A stretch of 64,000 nt of DNA, taken from NCBI GenBank assembly GCA_963729895.1, contig CAVSQB010000012.1, positions 75,998 through 139,997 on the forward strand, in the 5' to 3' direction. Each line of letters starts with the position of its first letter. The first letter of the stretch is position 1. This DNA comes from an uncultured Fibrobacterota bacterium (lineage in GTDB: Bacteria > Fibrobacterota > Chitinivibrionia > Chitinivibrionales > FEN-1185). The position numbers and the translations under genes were made by a program. The notes beneath the pieces were generated by a model. The model did not search any database. It was not told where the DNA came from and was given only the letters and a program-made list of their open reading frames with translations. Shown here piece after piece: positions 47,741 to 57,158 of the stretch.

Positions 47741-48925
47741 ATGGAGCAAGCGCAGCAAACAAAAATTCCCAGAACCATTCTTCACATCGACATGGACGCG
47801 TTTTTCACGTCAATCGAGCAGCGCGATAATCCTGTACACAGAAGCAAACCCGTCGTGGTGGGGGCAATGCCGGGACATCGCGGCGTTGTTGCGGCAGCAA
47901 GCTATGAAGCCAGGAAATTCGGCATTCATTCGGCGATGCCGATTAATGAAGCGTTTCGCCGCTGTCCGCGCGCCGTGTTCCTCCGGCCCAGGATGGAGGT
48001 TTACTGCAACGAATCGCAACGGGTGATGAGCATCCTCTCCTCGTTTTCACCGCGCGTGGAGCAGGTCTCGGTGGATGAGGCGTTTCTCGACGCGACCGGC
48101 GCCGAAAAGCTGTTCGGCGATGGGTTGACAATTGCAAAAGCGATTTGCAAAACCATCAAAGACCGCCTTCATCTTACCGCCTCCGTCGGCGTGGCGCCCA
48201 ACAAGTTTCTTGCCAAGCTCGGTTCGGACATGAACAAGCCGGACGGCACAACGCAGGTGCCGTTCGATCCGGCGGCCGTTGTTTCCTGGCTTGCCCCTCT
48301 GCCGGTGGGCAAACTATGGGGCGTGGGAAAAAAGACCGAAGAGGTGTTGAACCGCCTGGGCATCCTAACCATCGGCGACCTTCAGGGCCGCACGCTGGAA
48401 TCTCTGGTTGGAACCTTTGGAAAATCGGGCCGCAATCTGTACGATTTGTGCCGCGGCATAGACGACCGGCCCGTGGAGAACCAGGAAGATTCCCGGTCTA
48501 TTTCGCGCGAACACACCTTTGAGGAAAACACGAGTGATCGTGAGGAATTGAAGAAAACGCTTCTGGCCTTGTCGCAGGATGTAGCCCGGCAGGCCAGAAG
48601 ATCACTGGTTGCAGGCAGAACCATCGTCTTGATTTTTCGCGGCGCCGACTTTTCCAAGCACACACGCCGGTGCACGCTGGCGGAGCCCACCGTTCTTGCC
48701 AACGATATCTTTTCAAATGCCGTGGGGCTTTTGGAAGCGCTGCCCCCCCGCTTCAAATTCAGATTGATCGGCGTGGGCCTCACCCATTTTGGCGAAGACA
48801 TTCAACTCGACCTCTTTCATCACCACGAGGGCCAGCGGCCGTGGGAAAAGTCCGAGCAAGCAGTCGATGCATTGACAGACAGATTCGGAGAGGGCATCGT
48901 GGTCCGGGGAACCGAATTGAAATAG
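47741..48925 (+). CDS. dinB: DNA polymerase IV
   Basis: HIDMDAFF, ASYEARKFG, SVDEAFLD, KP.G, WGVG; C-terminal QLDLF clamp motif. Confidence 0.93.
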   Translation: MEQAQQTKIPRTILHIDMDAFFTSIEQRDNPVHRSKPVVVGAMPGHRGVVAAASYEARKFGIHSAMPINEAFRRCPRAVFLRPRMEVYCNESQRVMSILSSFSPRVEQVSVDEAFLDATGAEKLFGDGLTIAKAICKTIKDRLHLTASVGVAPNKFLAKLGSDMNKPDGTTQVPFDPAAVVSWLAPLPVGKLWGVGKKTEEVLNRLGILTIGDLQGRTLESLVGTFGKSGRNLYDLCRGIDDRPVENQEDSRSISREHTFEENTSDREELKKTLLALSQDVARQARRSLVAGRTIVLIFRGADFSKHTRRCTLAEPTVLANDIFSNAVGLLEALPPRFKFRLIGVGLTHFGEDIQLDLFHHHEGQRPWEKSEQAVDALTDRFGEGIVVRGTELK

Positions 48926-48940
48926 CAATCGCCTGTGGTA

Positions 48941-49924
48941 TCATCCTGTTTTCTTCTCCCGCAGCCTTTCATTGAGTAGCTTGATATTTTCGATCCCGTT
49001 CATGACCGCCTGTGCATTGTAGTGGTTGTTGTACGCCGCCGCCACGGTATTGGTTTTCTGCGCCAGGGTAAGCTGATCCGCCGCGTGTTGTTCGATCTCT
49101 TCTTTGCTGTATCGGTAATCATAACGGCTGTTGCGCTGGCTCAGGCGCTCGTGTGCTGTTTTCGCCTTCGCCGCGGGATACCAGTGGTCCATGTTCCTGC
49201 CGGAATAGCGGATGTAGCCCTTGGGCGTCGTGGCATACGCTTTGAGGGGAAACACGTGCGGAAACGGCGGGATGTCCGTGTTGCAGATTCCTATGCCGAA
49301 GTCCTTGAGCTTCTGGAGCACCGCTTCCCTGTGCCAGGTGCGGTGTCTGAACTCTATATGCACGTCTAGTTTCCTTTGTGTCGCGGTTTCGCATACAGCA
49401 AGAAGATAGTCGAGTTTTTTGATGCTGTGTTCGTTGTGGTCCTCAAGCTGAATAAGGAAGCTGTAAAACCTGCCGGTCTCAACGAGCGGCGCGACCGCCG
49501 CAATGTGGCGTTCCATGGTTTCCTTTGATTTCTGCGCGTCCCATTCTTTGGTGTGCGACACGCTCTGATGCGTTTTGACGGCGTACAGTGAGTTGACCAG
49601 GCTCCGGCGCTCGATATCCATGTAGGTCTGCTGTGAAGGTTCCATGTAAAAGCTCGCGTTTATCTCAACAAAACGGAAATACTTCTGGTAGAACCGCAGG
49701 CGGTCGAAGTCTTCTTTTTCCGCAATCGTTTCCGATTTTTGCGAGCGCCGTGGTTTGGGCGGATTAAAAACGCCGATCCAGTCGTCGAAATAGTAACCGG
49801 AGGTGCCTATGTAAAATCCCCGTGCGGTGATGTCGGGGGGAATTTCCATCGGTTTCCACGGCGGCGAAGCCGAAAGTGCTTTTTCCTGGCCCGTAAAATC
49901 TAGGTTTGATGATGAGTTTGACAT
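48941..49924 (-). CDS. DUF72 domain protein
   Basis: IGTSGY...W.G.F.P, L.FY...F..VEIN.SFY, LIQL, IEFRH.TW, YIR..GRN, YDY.YS..E, YNNH; start uncertain. Confidence 0.85.
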   Translation of the reverse strand: MSNSSSNLDFTGQEKALSASPPWKPMEIPPDITARGFYIGTSGYYFDDWIGVFNPPKPRRSQKSETIAEKEDFDRLRFYQKYFRFVEINASFYMEPSQQTYMDIERRSLVNSLYAVKTHQSVSHTKEWDAQKSKETMERHIAAVAPLVETGRFYSFLIQLEDHNEHSIKKLDYLLAVCETATQRKLDVHIEFRHRTWHREAVLQKLKDFGIGICNTDIPPFPHVFPLKAYATTPKGYIRYSGRNMDHWYPAAKAKTAHERLSQRNSRYDYRYSKEEIEQHAADQLTLAQKTNTVAAAYNNHYNAQAVMNGIENIKLLNERLREKKTG

Positions 49925-50249
49925 AATAGCAATATAAAAATACAATACGTCTGGAATGCTGAGCGGGTGCGGCCGGGCACCACCCTCTGCAAGCCCGAAC
50001 CTTCTGCTGGGCGCACCCTAGAAACACCCGATTACAAAGAAACGCAGCAGGATATTAGTTGTTTTTTTTCTATGTAGAAATTATCCGTCGCCCCTGACAC
50101 ATCTCGTCTATTGCATGGTATACTATGCTCACCAGATCGTTCTGCAACGCCACCTTGTCTTGTTGGTCAAGTATGATCCGTCAAACGATTCTCCGCGCAC
50201 TCACTATCTTCCGATTCTGCACCGGTCATTCGCACGCGTGCGTTAGGAA

Positions 50250-50322
50250 GGACCGCAGTGCGCGCTAGAGCGCGGTGCCGGCCGACCCTCGCCGAAGGCG
50301 ATCCGGGCGGTCCGGCACCTAG
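50250..50322 (+). repeat. Structured intergenic element, copy A, 5' part (split by IS at CTAG; continues 51639-51695)
   Basis: Aligns with 56217-56316 with compensatory changes in stems. Confidence 0.75.
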
Positions 50323-51634
50323 CAGGTTGTTGAAATAGTCCTAACAGAAGCGCTCTTGTTGATTTTTTATGAACCTAACTTCAACTTTACATATGTCAGA
50401 GAGGTTTTACCTGCCTCGTTCCGAGGCATTTCCCCGGATTCCCAGGCCATTCTCATGCTGCCCCCACCGTTTGCGGCATCAACTTAACCATGCGTATCAA
50501 GTTGTACGCTGCGGCAACCACGTAGGCAACAGTCTGGTTGATTCGTATTCCTCTTACCCGAGTTTTCCGCAGGCCACCGACGCTCTTGATCCACCCAAAT
50601 ATCTCTTCAACCCGTTTTCGTTTCCTTTGACTTACGCTGTATCCCTTATGCCGAGTCGTTCTTCCATCCAACCCTTTAAGCGAAGTGTTGGCCTTCTCGG
50701 CAATGTGAGGCTTCACGTGCAGGCGTCGCAGGCTCTTGATAAATTCGGTTGCATGATACCCTTTGTCTGCACCCACCGTCTTCATCCGGCGTTTTCCGCG
50801 CCTGCGTTCATGCTTTATCAGCTCAAGCGCCATATCCCGTTCCGCTGTCCCCGTCGCTGGCGCAATGGCGATATCAACACACAACCCATTTCGGTTTTCC
50901 ATCAGCACGTGACCGGAATACGCCAGCTGCGCTCCCGTTCTCTTGTTCTTCCGAGCCAACCGCGCCTCTGGATCGGTCGAACTCTGATGTGTCTCATTGC
51001 TTCGCTTCTCATGGTGGAAATCAACCGACGGATTACTCCGATCATCGTCAGTCTTGTTCGCCGATTCCGCGTCTTTTCGCTTGAAGCTCTTCATCGATGC
51101 CCAGGCTTCAATCAACGTGCCGTCAACCGTGAAATGCTCATCGGACAACAACTCTTCGGAACGAGCAAGACGCACGATTTCCTGCATCAGCCGGTGCGCA
51201 ATCTCCTGTTCCATAAGTCGATCTCGGTTCTTCGAAAACACACTATGATCAAACGATGCCGCATCCAGATCCATGTCAAGAAACCATCGGAACAGAATGT
51301 TATAGTCCAGCATCTCGCAAAACAACCGGTCCGACCGTATCGAAAACAAAGCCATCAATATCTGTGCTTTCAAAAGCCATTCCGGCGGTATCGAAGGGCG
51401 TCCCATCCGGCTGTACATCGCCTCAAAGTCACGAGAAAGGCGGCGCAGCGCTATGTCCGTAAACTGTTTGACACGACGAAGCGGGTGCGTTGCCGGCACT
51501 CGGGAATCCGGAGAAACGAAGCTGAACATACCGCCTTGGGCTGGCTGGGAACCTCTCATCAATACTCCTTGGTTGGGGTTCCCCTATAATATAAGGATAA
51601 ATGTTTACAAAAGGGAGACTTTTTCAACACCCTG
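50323..51634 (-). mobile_element. IS5-family IS with transposase 50453-51562
   Basis: IRs CAGGTTGTTGAAATAGTC / CAGGGTGTTGAAAAAGTC; CTAG duplicated at 50319-50322 and 51635-51638; HPLR, GRPS.PPE, VDGTL, ADKGY, R.RVEE.FGW.K. Confidence 0.92.
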
Positions 51635-51710
51635 CTAGGCTGACCAGCCGACGACCCTTGGAAGCACCCGAAGGGGTGGCACGGAGGGAGGGCCGACCCG
51701 AGAATGCGTT

Positions 51711-52955
51711 TTAACGCAGGCGAGGGGAACGCCCAAACCTACTGTCAAGATTTGAGACACGCTGGACTTCCCCCATTAAAGCATCCTTATTATATCCCAT
51801 CACATTCCCATTTTTTACCACCTCAAACCCCATCCTCATCCGTATCTCCCCTATGCTCCTGCCCATGTTTTCCTGCTTCACCTGCACCGCGTTGTCAAAT
51901 AAATCAAGCTGGCATTCGCGTTCCCAAAACGGTTTTGCCGTTACGGACAGCTTCCGCACCGCGATCCTGCGGGTGTATGCCTGTTCAAAAAGCAGGCAGC
52001 AGCAGTTGTACAGCAGCGTAAAATCGCTGGCGGGAGACATAAGCCGCATCGAACGTTGCGTTGACTTGTTGTCGGAATAGCGCACGGTAAAGGCGATGCT
52101 GCCTGCCTGGCTATGTGCAGCACGCAGCTTGAACACGAGTTTGTCCACAATGTAGCGTATGTGGCTCTTGAGCGCAGCGCTGTCGTTTTCGTCCCGCACA
52201 AGCGTATGACCGGATTCTATTTCAGCAAGGACTGCGGACGGCCGCGCTTCCAGAAACACACCACTAGCCATGTTGTACAGCCGCAAGCCTTCTTCGCCGA
52301 ATCTGCTTTTAAGGAAGTTCTGAGATAGCTGCTGTATATCACCAACTGTCAGAATATTATAATCGGCGAGCCGCTGCTTCAGCCTGTCGGACAGGCCGGG
52401 CAGGGCCGATGCCGCAACCGGAGCAAGCATGGCGGCTTCCGTTCCCTGTTCGCACACGGTAATGCCGTCGGGCGCCGCAGCACGGCCGGCCATAGCGGCC
52501 ACATACGGCGACGCGCCTGCGCCGCACGCGCACCGGCCTATGGCAAGCGCAGATTTCACGGTTTTCCTGATTTCGTCGGGCAGCGTGTAAAAACGCGCCT
52601 GTAAAAGCCGCTGCATGCCGCTCACGTTTACAATTGCGCTTCCGCGGGCCGACACGCGCACGTCGGGCGAAAACGCGGCCAGCACGGTTGCGAGGTCGTC
52701 GGAAATAGCGGCGGCAAGTGCCGGGTCTTCCTGCACAACATGGATGTCCGGGAAGCGTTCGGTGAGCCGCGGGACAGGAAATCCGTGGTATATACCCCTT
52801 GCCTGCGCCTCGGACGACAGCGATACCACAACGCTTTTATGGCTGTCGGCCCGCTGCCGTACAATAACGTACGGCATGCCAATCATTTCCGGATGATACG
52901 CGGCGTATGATTGGGCGGGAAAATCTGGAATATGTATGGCGATATACCAGTTCAT
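51711..52955 (-). CDS. Inactive Y-family polymerase homologue (ImuB-like)
   Basis: Y-family layout but DMDAF->HIPDF and SIDE->ARGS; QLDLF clamp motif; immediately follows dnaE2. Confidence 0.8.
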   Translation of the reverse strand: MNWYIAIHIPDFPAQSYAAYHPEMIGMPYVIVRQRADSHKSVVVSLSSEAQARGIYHGFPVPRLTERFPDIHVVQEDPALAAAISDDLATVLAAFSPDVRVSARGSAIVNVSGMQRLLQARFYTLPDEIRKTVKSALAIGRCACGAGASPYVAAMAGRAAAPDGITVCEQGTEAAMLAPVAASALPGLSDRLKQRLADYNILTVGDIQQLSQNFLKSRFGEEGLRLYNMASGVFLEARPSAVLAEIESGHTLVRDENDSAALKSHIRYIVDKLVFKLRAAHSQAGSIAFTVRYSDNKSTQRSMRLMSPASDFTLLYNCCCLLFEQAYTRRIAVRKLSVTAKPFWERECQLDLFDNAVQVKQENMGRSIGEIRMRMGFEVVKNGNVMGYNKDALMGEVQRVSNLDSRFGRSPRLR

Positions 52956-52957
52956 AT

Positions 52958-55900
52958 TCACGCTGCTTTAACCACATCTCTATATGTAAACTCTTCATTA
53001 TACGACCGCAGCAGCCTCTTGCTCGCCAGATCGAAATCCACGATGGACGGCGACCATTCTACGCTGCGTATTGTGTGCGCGAACACGGCATGGGTGCCGA
53101 AGTTCTCCTTGACAAATCCGGTAATTGCATACGGTCCGGGCCGCGCGGTGACGTCCGCGAACTGCTTGTACACATCGGGCCACATCACGATGTCTGCGCA
53201 GCCCGACTTGTCTTCGATGGTGATGAACTGCATGTCACCCCTGCCGGGCACCGTATGCACGCGCGAGGTGATTGGCCAGCCGAACACCTTGACACCGCGC
53301 CCCGCGTGCCGGGCGATCTCGTTGCACTGCACCGCATTGCCGGCCTCAGGGTGCAGATCGAGAATGTCGAGAATATTTCCAGACAGGATGAACCCGAGAT
53401 GTTCGAGTTCGTGCAGGCATTTCTGCGTAAGCGAATAATCGGCAAGGCCTGGATGCAATTCGGTAGACGACAAGCGCAGGCCGCCGAACATATCTCCGTC
53501 CGCGTCGCGCGCGCCGGCGTACGCGACGTCGAGCAGCGCCAGAAGTTCGGGCTGATTCAGGTTGAACCCGTCGAAGCAGCCGACCTTGATCAGCTTCTCG
53601 ATTTCACTCTTACCCGCGTTGGTGCGGCGGATAAAATCCACAAGGTTGCGAAACGAGCCGTTTTTGTCGCGCTCGTCGACAATGGCCCGTAGGGTGCGGG
53701 AGCACATTCCTTTGATGTGCATGAGGCCGACGGACAAAAACCGTCCTTTGCCGCAGCATTTGACCCTGCTCGTATTGATGTGGATCGGGTTGATCTTGAT
53801 GCCCAGCCGCCGCGCCTCGTTGATATAGGTATCCTGCGAGTAAAACCCGTGCAGATTCGAAATTACCGAAGCCATGAACTGGGCGGGATAATGGCCCTTG
53901 AGATACGTGCATTTAAACGAAAGGATGGCATAGCTCAGGCTGTGCGATTTACAAAAGGAAAAACCGACGAACGAGCTCACCCGTTCCCACAATTCACCTG
54001 CCTGGGCGCGGGACAGGCCCGTGTGCGCCATGCAGCCCTGAATGAATTCCACGGCGACCGCCTCGTAATCGTCGGGCATGCCGTCGTGCTGGCTGTTCAT
54101 CATCTTGCGCACGCGGTCGGCGCGCTTGAAACTCATGCCCGCGATGTCGTGGCAGATCTTCACCACGTCTTCCTGGTACACGAGACAGTCATGCGTTTCG
54201 CCGAGTATGGGTTCCAGCGACGGGTGCACGAATTTCCAGTCGACAATGCCCTGTTTCATTTTGCGGTGGCGCTCTACAAACACTTTGGTATACTGTGCGC
54301 CCGCGGGCCGCACCGCGCTCGACGTGATGCCTATTTCCTCAAAGCTGCCCACGAGCGCCTGCCTGTTGAGTTTCATTTGCGCAGGCGATTCTATATAGAA
54401 AATGCCGCGCGTGCGGCCCTTTTCTATCATGTCGAGCACCAGCGGATCGTTTTGCACATGCTCGCTGTCCCACACGCGCGGGTCGCCGTATCCCTGCTCG
54501 TGGATCTGGAAAAGCGTATCGCGCAGAACAGACAGGCTGCCGTTGCCGAGAATGTCGAACTTGATGAGGCCAAGGTCGTCTATACCCGAATGCATGTCTA
54601 TCTGCGTGATGATCCTGTTCTTGACCCCGCCGGAATATTCGCAGGCAACGTGGCGCCACACGGGCTGATTGGTGACGATGATGCCGCCGGGATGCTGACC
54701 CAGAAAACGCGGTTTGCCTTGCACAAGATTTACGTATGCGAGTATGCGTTGAATATCCTGGTCTTCCTTGGGCAGCGGTTTTTTCATGAGGCCGGTCACC
54801 TGCTCTTCGCTGAAGCCGAACACCTTTGCAACTTCGCGGAACGCTGCGCGGCGCTTCATGTGGTTGACAGTGCATAAAACGGCAACGCGGTCGCGTCCCC
54901 ACGTGTTTACAAAATATTCGAACGCTGCATCGCGTTCGTCCCAGCCGAAATCAAGGTCTGCGTCCGGCGGGCTTGCCCGATCCTCGTTTAGAAACCGCTC
55001 GAAATACAGGTTGTATCTCACGGGGTCTAAATCACTTGCGCCTATATTGAAAAACGTGATGCTGTTTGCGGCAGAACCCCGCATGAGCGTGCAGTCTGTG
55101 GATTTTCGAAGCCCTGAAGCGTAGCGGTTGTTTGCCCAGTCGCGTACCTGCTTTACCATAAGGAAATATGAGGCAAACCCGAGTTTATTGATGACGTTGA
55201 GTTCTTTTTCCTGGATTTCCTTTGCCTGTTCGTACGAGGGCGTGCCTGCGTATCTGCGATCAAGCCCTTCCCGTGCGACTTTTTCCAGGTAGCGCTCCGG
55301 GGTAAAGCCATCGGGCACGGAAATTTTTGGGAATATCCACGTGCCCAGTTCAAGGTCGGCAACGCATTGGTCTGCGATGCGATTCGTGTTGCAGAAAGCT
55401 TCGCCATGGTCTGCAAAACGCTCGCGCATTTCGTCTGCCGTACAAAAATAGGCGTTGTCGGTCACTGTTTCTTCAGGGCGCAAGCGCGACAATGTGGAAC
55501 AATGGCCGATGGCGTTTAAAATCCGGTGCGTTTCCCAGTCTTGTTTGCAAATAAAATGCATGTTGTTTGTTGCCACAAGCGGAATGCCGAGTTGCTGCGC
55601 AGTCACACCCAGCTTTTTTGCAATGTCGCGTGAAGCAGCGTCCAGGTGCACGAGTTCGCCATACAGGTGAGCACTATTCGGCGTGGCTGCAAGCTCCCGC
55701 AGCACGCGCGGCGAGGAAGTGAACAGGAACAGGTCCGGATAGTCGCGGCCGAAGATGTTTGCAAACGTAAACGTTTCGGAGTACAACTGGCGCTGCGTGA
55801 TGATCTCGCATATGTCTGCATAGCCGGTCTTGTTTTTCGCCAGCGCCACAACATAGTCGCGGGGGTGTTTGGGGTCTGTGAGTTCGACGCCGAGAATGGG

Positions 55901-56080
55901 CTTTATGCCGTTCTCCCGGCACAAAAGGTAAAAATCGATAAGCCCGCTCATGCGATTGGTATCGGTGAGCGCCAGGGCCGGCATGCCATTGGCCTTTGCT
56001 GCAGCGACCAGTTCTTTTATCTTTGGCACGCCTGCGTGGAAGGAGTATTCGGAATGGGTGTGAAGATGAACGAAGTTCAT
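52958..56080 (-). CDS. dnaE2: DNA polymerase III alpha subunit paralogue (error-prone DnaE2-type by context)
   Basis: HLHTHSEYSF PHP, RGSAANS, LYFERFLN..R..PPDADLD, HPGG, KFDILG, F.KSH..SY; between lexA and imuB-like. Confidence 0.85.
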   Translation of the reverse strand: MNFVHLHTHSEYSFHAGVPKIKELVAAAKANGMPALALTDTNRMSGLIDFYLLCRENGIKPILGVELTDPKHPRDYVVALAKNKTGYADICEIITQRQLYSETFTFANIFGRDYPDLFLFTSSPRVLRELAATPNSAHLYGELVHLDAASRDIAKKLGVTAQQLGIPLVATNNMHFICKQDWETHRILNAIGHCSTLSRLRPEETVTDNAYFCTADEMRERFADHGEAFCNTNRIADQCVADLELGTWIFPKISVPDGFTPERYLEKVAREGLDRRYAGTPSYEQAKEIQEKELNVINKLGFASYFLMVKQVRDWANNRYASGLRKSTDCTLMRGSAANSITFFNIGASDLDPVRYNLYFERFLNEDRASPPDADLDFGWDERDAAFEYFVNTWGRDRVAVLCTVNHMKRRAAFREVAKVFGFSEEQVTGLMKKPLPKEDQDIQRILAYVNLVQGKPRFLGQHPGGIIVTNQPVWRHVACEYSGGVKNRIITQIDMHSGIDDLGLIKFDILGNGSLSVLRDTLFQIHEQGYGDPRVWDSEHVQNDPLVLDMIEKGRTRGIFYIESPAQMKLNRQALVGSFEEIGITSSAVRPAGAQYTKVFVERHRKMKQGIVDWKFVHPSLEPILGETHDCLVYQEDVVKICHDIAGMSFKRADRVRKMMNSQHDGMPDDYEAVAVEFIQGCMAHTGLSRAQAGELWERVSSFVGFSFCKSHSLSYAILSFKCTYLKGHYPAQFMASVISNLHGFYSQDTYINEARRLGIKINPIHINTSRVKCCGKGRFLSVGLMHIKGMCSRTLRAIVDERDKNGSFRNLVDFIRRTNAGKSEIEKLIKVGCFDGFNLNQPELLALLDVAYAGARDADGDMFGGLRLSSTELHPGLADYSLTQKCLHELEHLGFILSGNILDILDLHPEAGNAVQCNEIARHAGRGVKVFGWPITSRVHTVPGRGDMQFITIEDKSGCADIVMWPDVYKQFADVTARPGPYAITGFVKENFGTHAVFAHTIRSVEWSPSIVDFDLASKRLLRSYNEEFTYRDVVKAA

Positions 56081-56216
56081 TTGAGGCTTTTGTTTCCTTG
56101 ATATCAATTAATGTTCTTTTTCCTGGAGGGGAAACCGCTACGCGTTTCCCCCTGGCCCCCAGCCTCCTCGCCGCGCTTTACGCTTCATTGCATGATGGTG
56201 GTTTTTGCGCCAGGCC

Positions 56217-56316
56217 GGACTGGAGTGGTGTGCTGGAGCACATTGCCGGCCGACCCGGCCGAAGGCATAGGGCGGTCCGGCAACGAGGCTGACCGGCCGA
56301 GCCCGAAAGAGGGCCG
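56217..56316 (+). repeat. Structured intergenic element, copy B
   Basis: Homologous to reconstructed copy A; nested stems TGTGCT/AGCACA, TTGCCGG/CCGGCAA, GCC-GAA-GGC. Confidence 0.75.
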
Positions 56317-56379
56317 CCGCCGTCTTCGGCGGGGCGCCTAGATCCTCTATTCCTGATTTCCCCCATCAAAAATCTTGGT

Positions 56380-57051
56380 TCACACATCTTCCCTAAACAG
56401 CTTTATCACCCTTCCCATAATCGCAAAATCGTCCCGAGGATCGACCGTGATGGGCGCCATGAAGTCGTTGTCAGGTAAGAGTTTTATGCTGTTCGCCTCC
56501 TGCTTTACATACTTGAGCGTTACCTCGTTGCCGACGCGCACGGCGGCAACGTCACGCCGCGTGACAAACGACTGACGTTGCACCACGACCACGTCGCCGT
56601 CGCGGATACCGCGGTTGATCATGGAATTGCCTTTGACACGTAGCGCAAACTTATCGCCCCGCTCGTTGGCGACGCCGAGCGCATCCCATTCGAACCACGT
56701 TTCAACGTTTTCTATGGCCTCAATTGGCAGGCCTGCGGCGATGCTGCCGAGCAGTGGTATGCGCGACCCCACATGAGCATGACTACGCACTATGCGTGTG
56801 GGCGTGACAGTCCTGTTTTTGCCGCGTGTTTCGGCAATGTATCCCTTTACGCGCAGCGCCGTCACATGGTTGGTGACCGAGTTTACAGAGCTCCATTTGA
56901 ACTTCGTTGCAATTTCCTCATAGGTTGGCGACCTGCCGGTTTCCACATACCGGGATTCGATGAACTCCAGGACCATTTTTTGTTTTCTTGTGAGACCGGA
57001 TTCGTCTATAGCTTTGTTTTTGATATCGCTATTTCCTATCTCTGGGATCAT
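56380..57051 (-). CDS. lexA: SOS repressor LexA
   Basis: LT.KQ..VL.FI, PT..EIA, H..AL..KGYI, IAAG.P cleavage site, GNSM Ser, VTLK Lys. Confidence 0.93.
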   Translation of the reverse strand: MIPEIGNSDIKNKAIDESGLTRKQKMVLEFIESRYVETGRSPTYEEIATKFKWSSVNSVTNHVTALRVKGYIAETRGKNRTVTPTRIVRSHAHVGSRIPLLGSIAAGLPIEAIENVETWFEWDALGVANERGDKFALRVKGNSMINRGIRDGDVVVVQRQSFVTRRDVAAVRVGNEVTLKYVKQEANSIKLLPDNDFMAPITVDPRDDFAIMGRVIKLFREDV

Positions 57052-57078
57052 GCTGCCAATCCCATTTGTGGATATTGA

Positions 57079-57124
57079 ACACGCAATACGTGTATAATAT
57101 ACACATATAAGGATAAAATGTCAA
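57079..57124 (-). promoter_or_regulatory. lexA sigma70 promoter with overlapping palindromes (candidate SOS box)
   Basis: TTGACA (57119-57124) -17- TATATT (57096-57101); GTGTATA-N-TATACAC at 57090-57104; ACACG-N5-CGTGT at 57079-57093. Confidence 0.75.
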
Positions 57125-57158
57125 TGGCTTTATATAAATTTCCTCTGTAGCACGCAGG

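Noticed and set aside
56154..56180. CCCAGCCTCCTCGC identical to the HDV ribozyme P2/P3/L3 core
   Set aside because: The following bases (CGCG) cannot close P3 (GGC needed), and no P1/P1.1 arrangement was found
56286..56316. CTGA...GAAA suggesting a hammerhead ribozyme
   Set aside because: CUGAnGA core is not met (CTGACCG) and copy A lacks the GAAA
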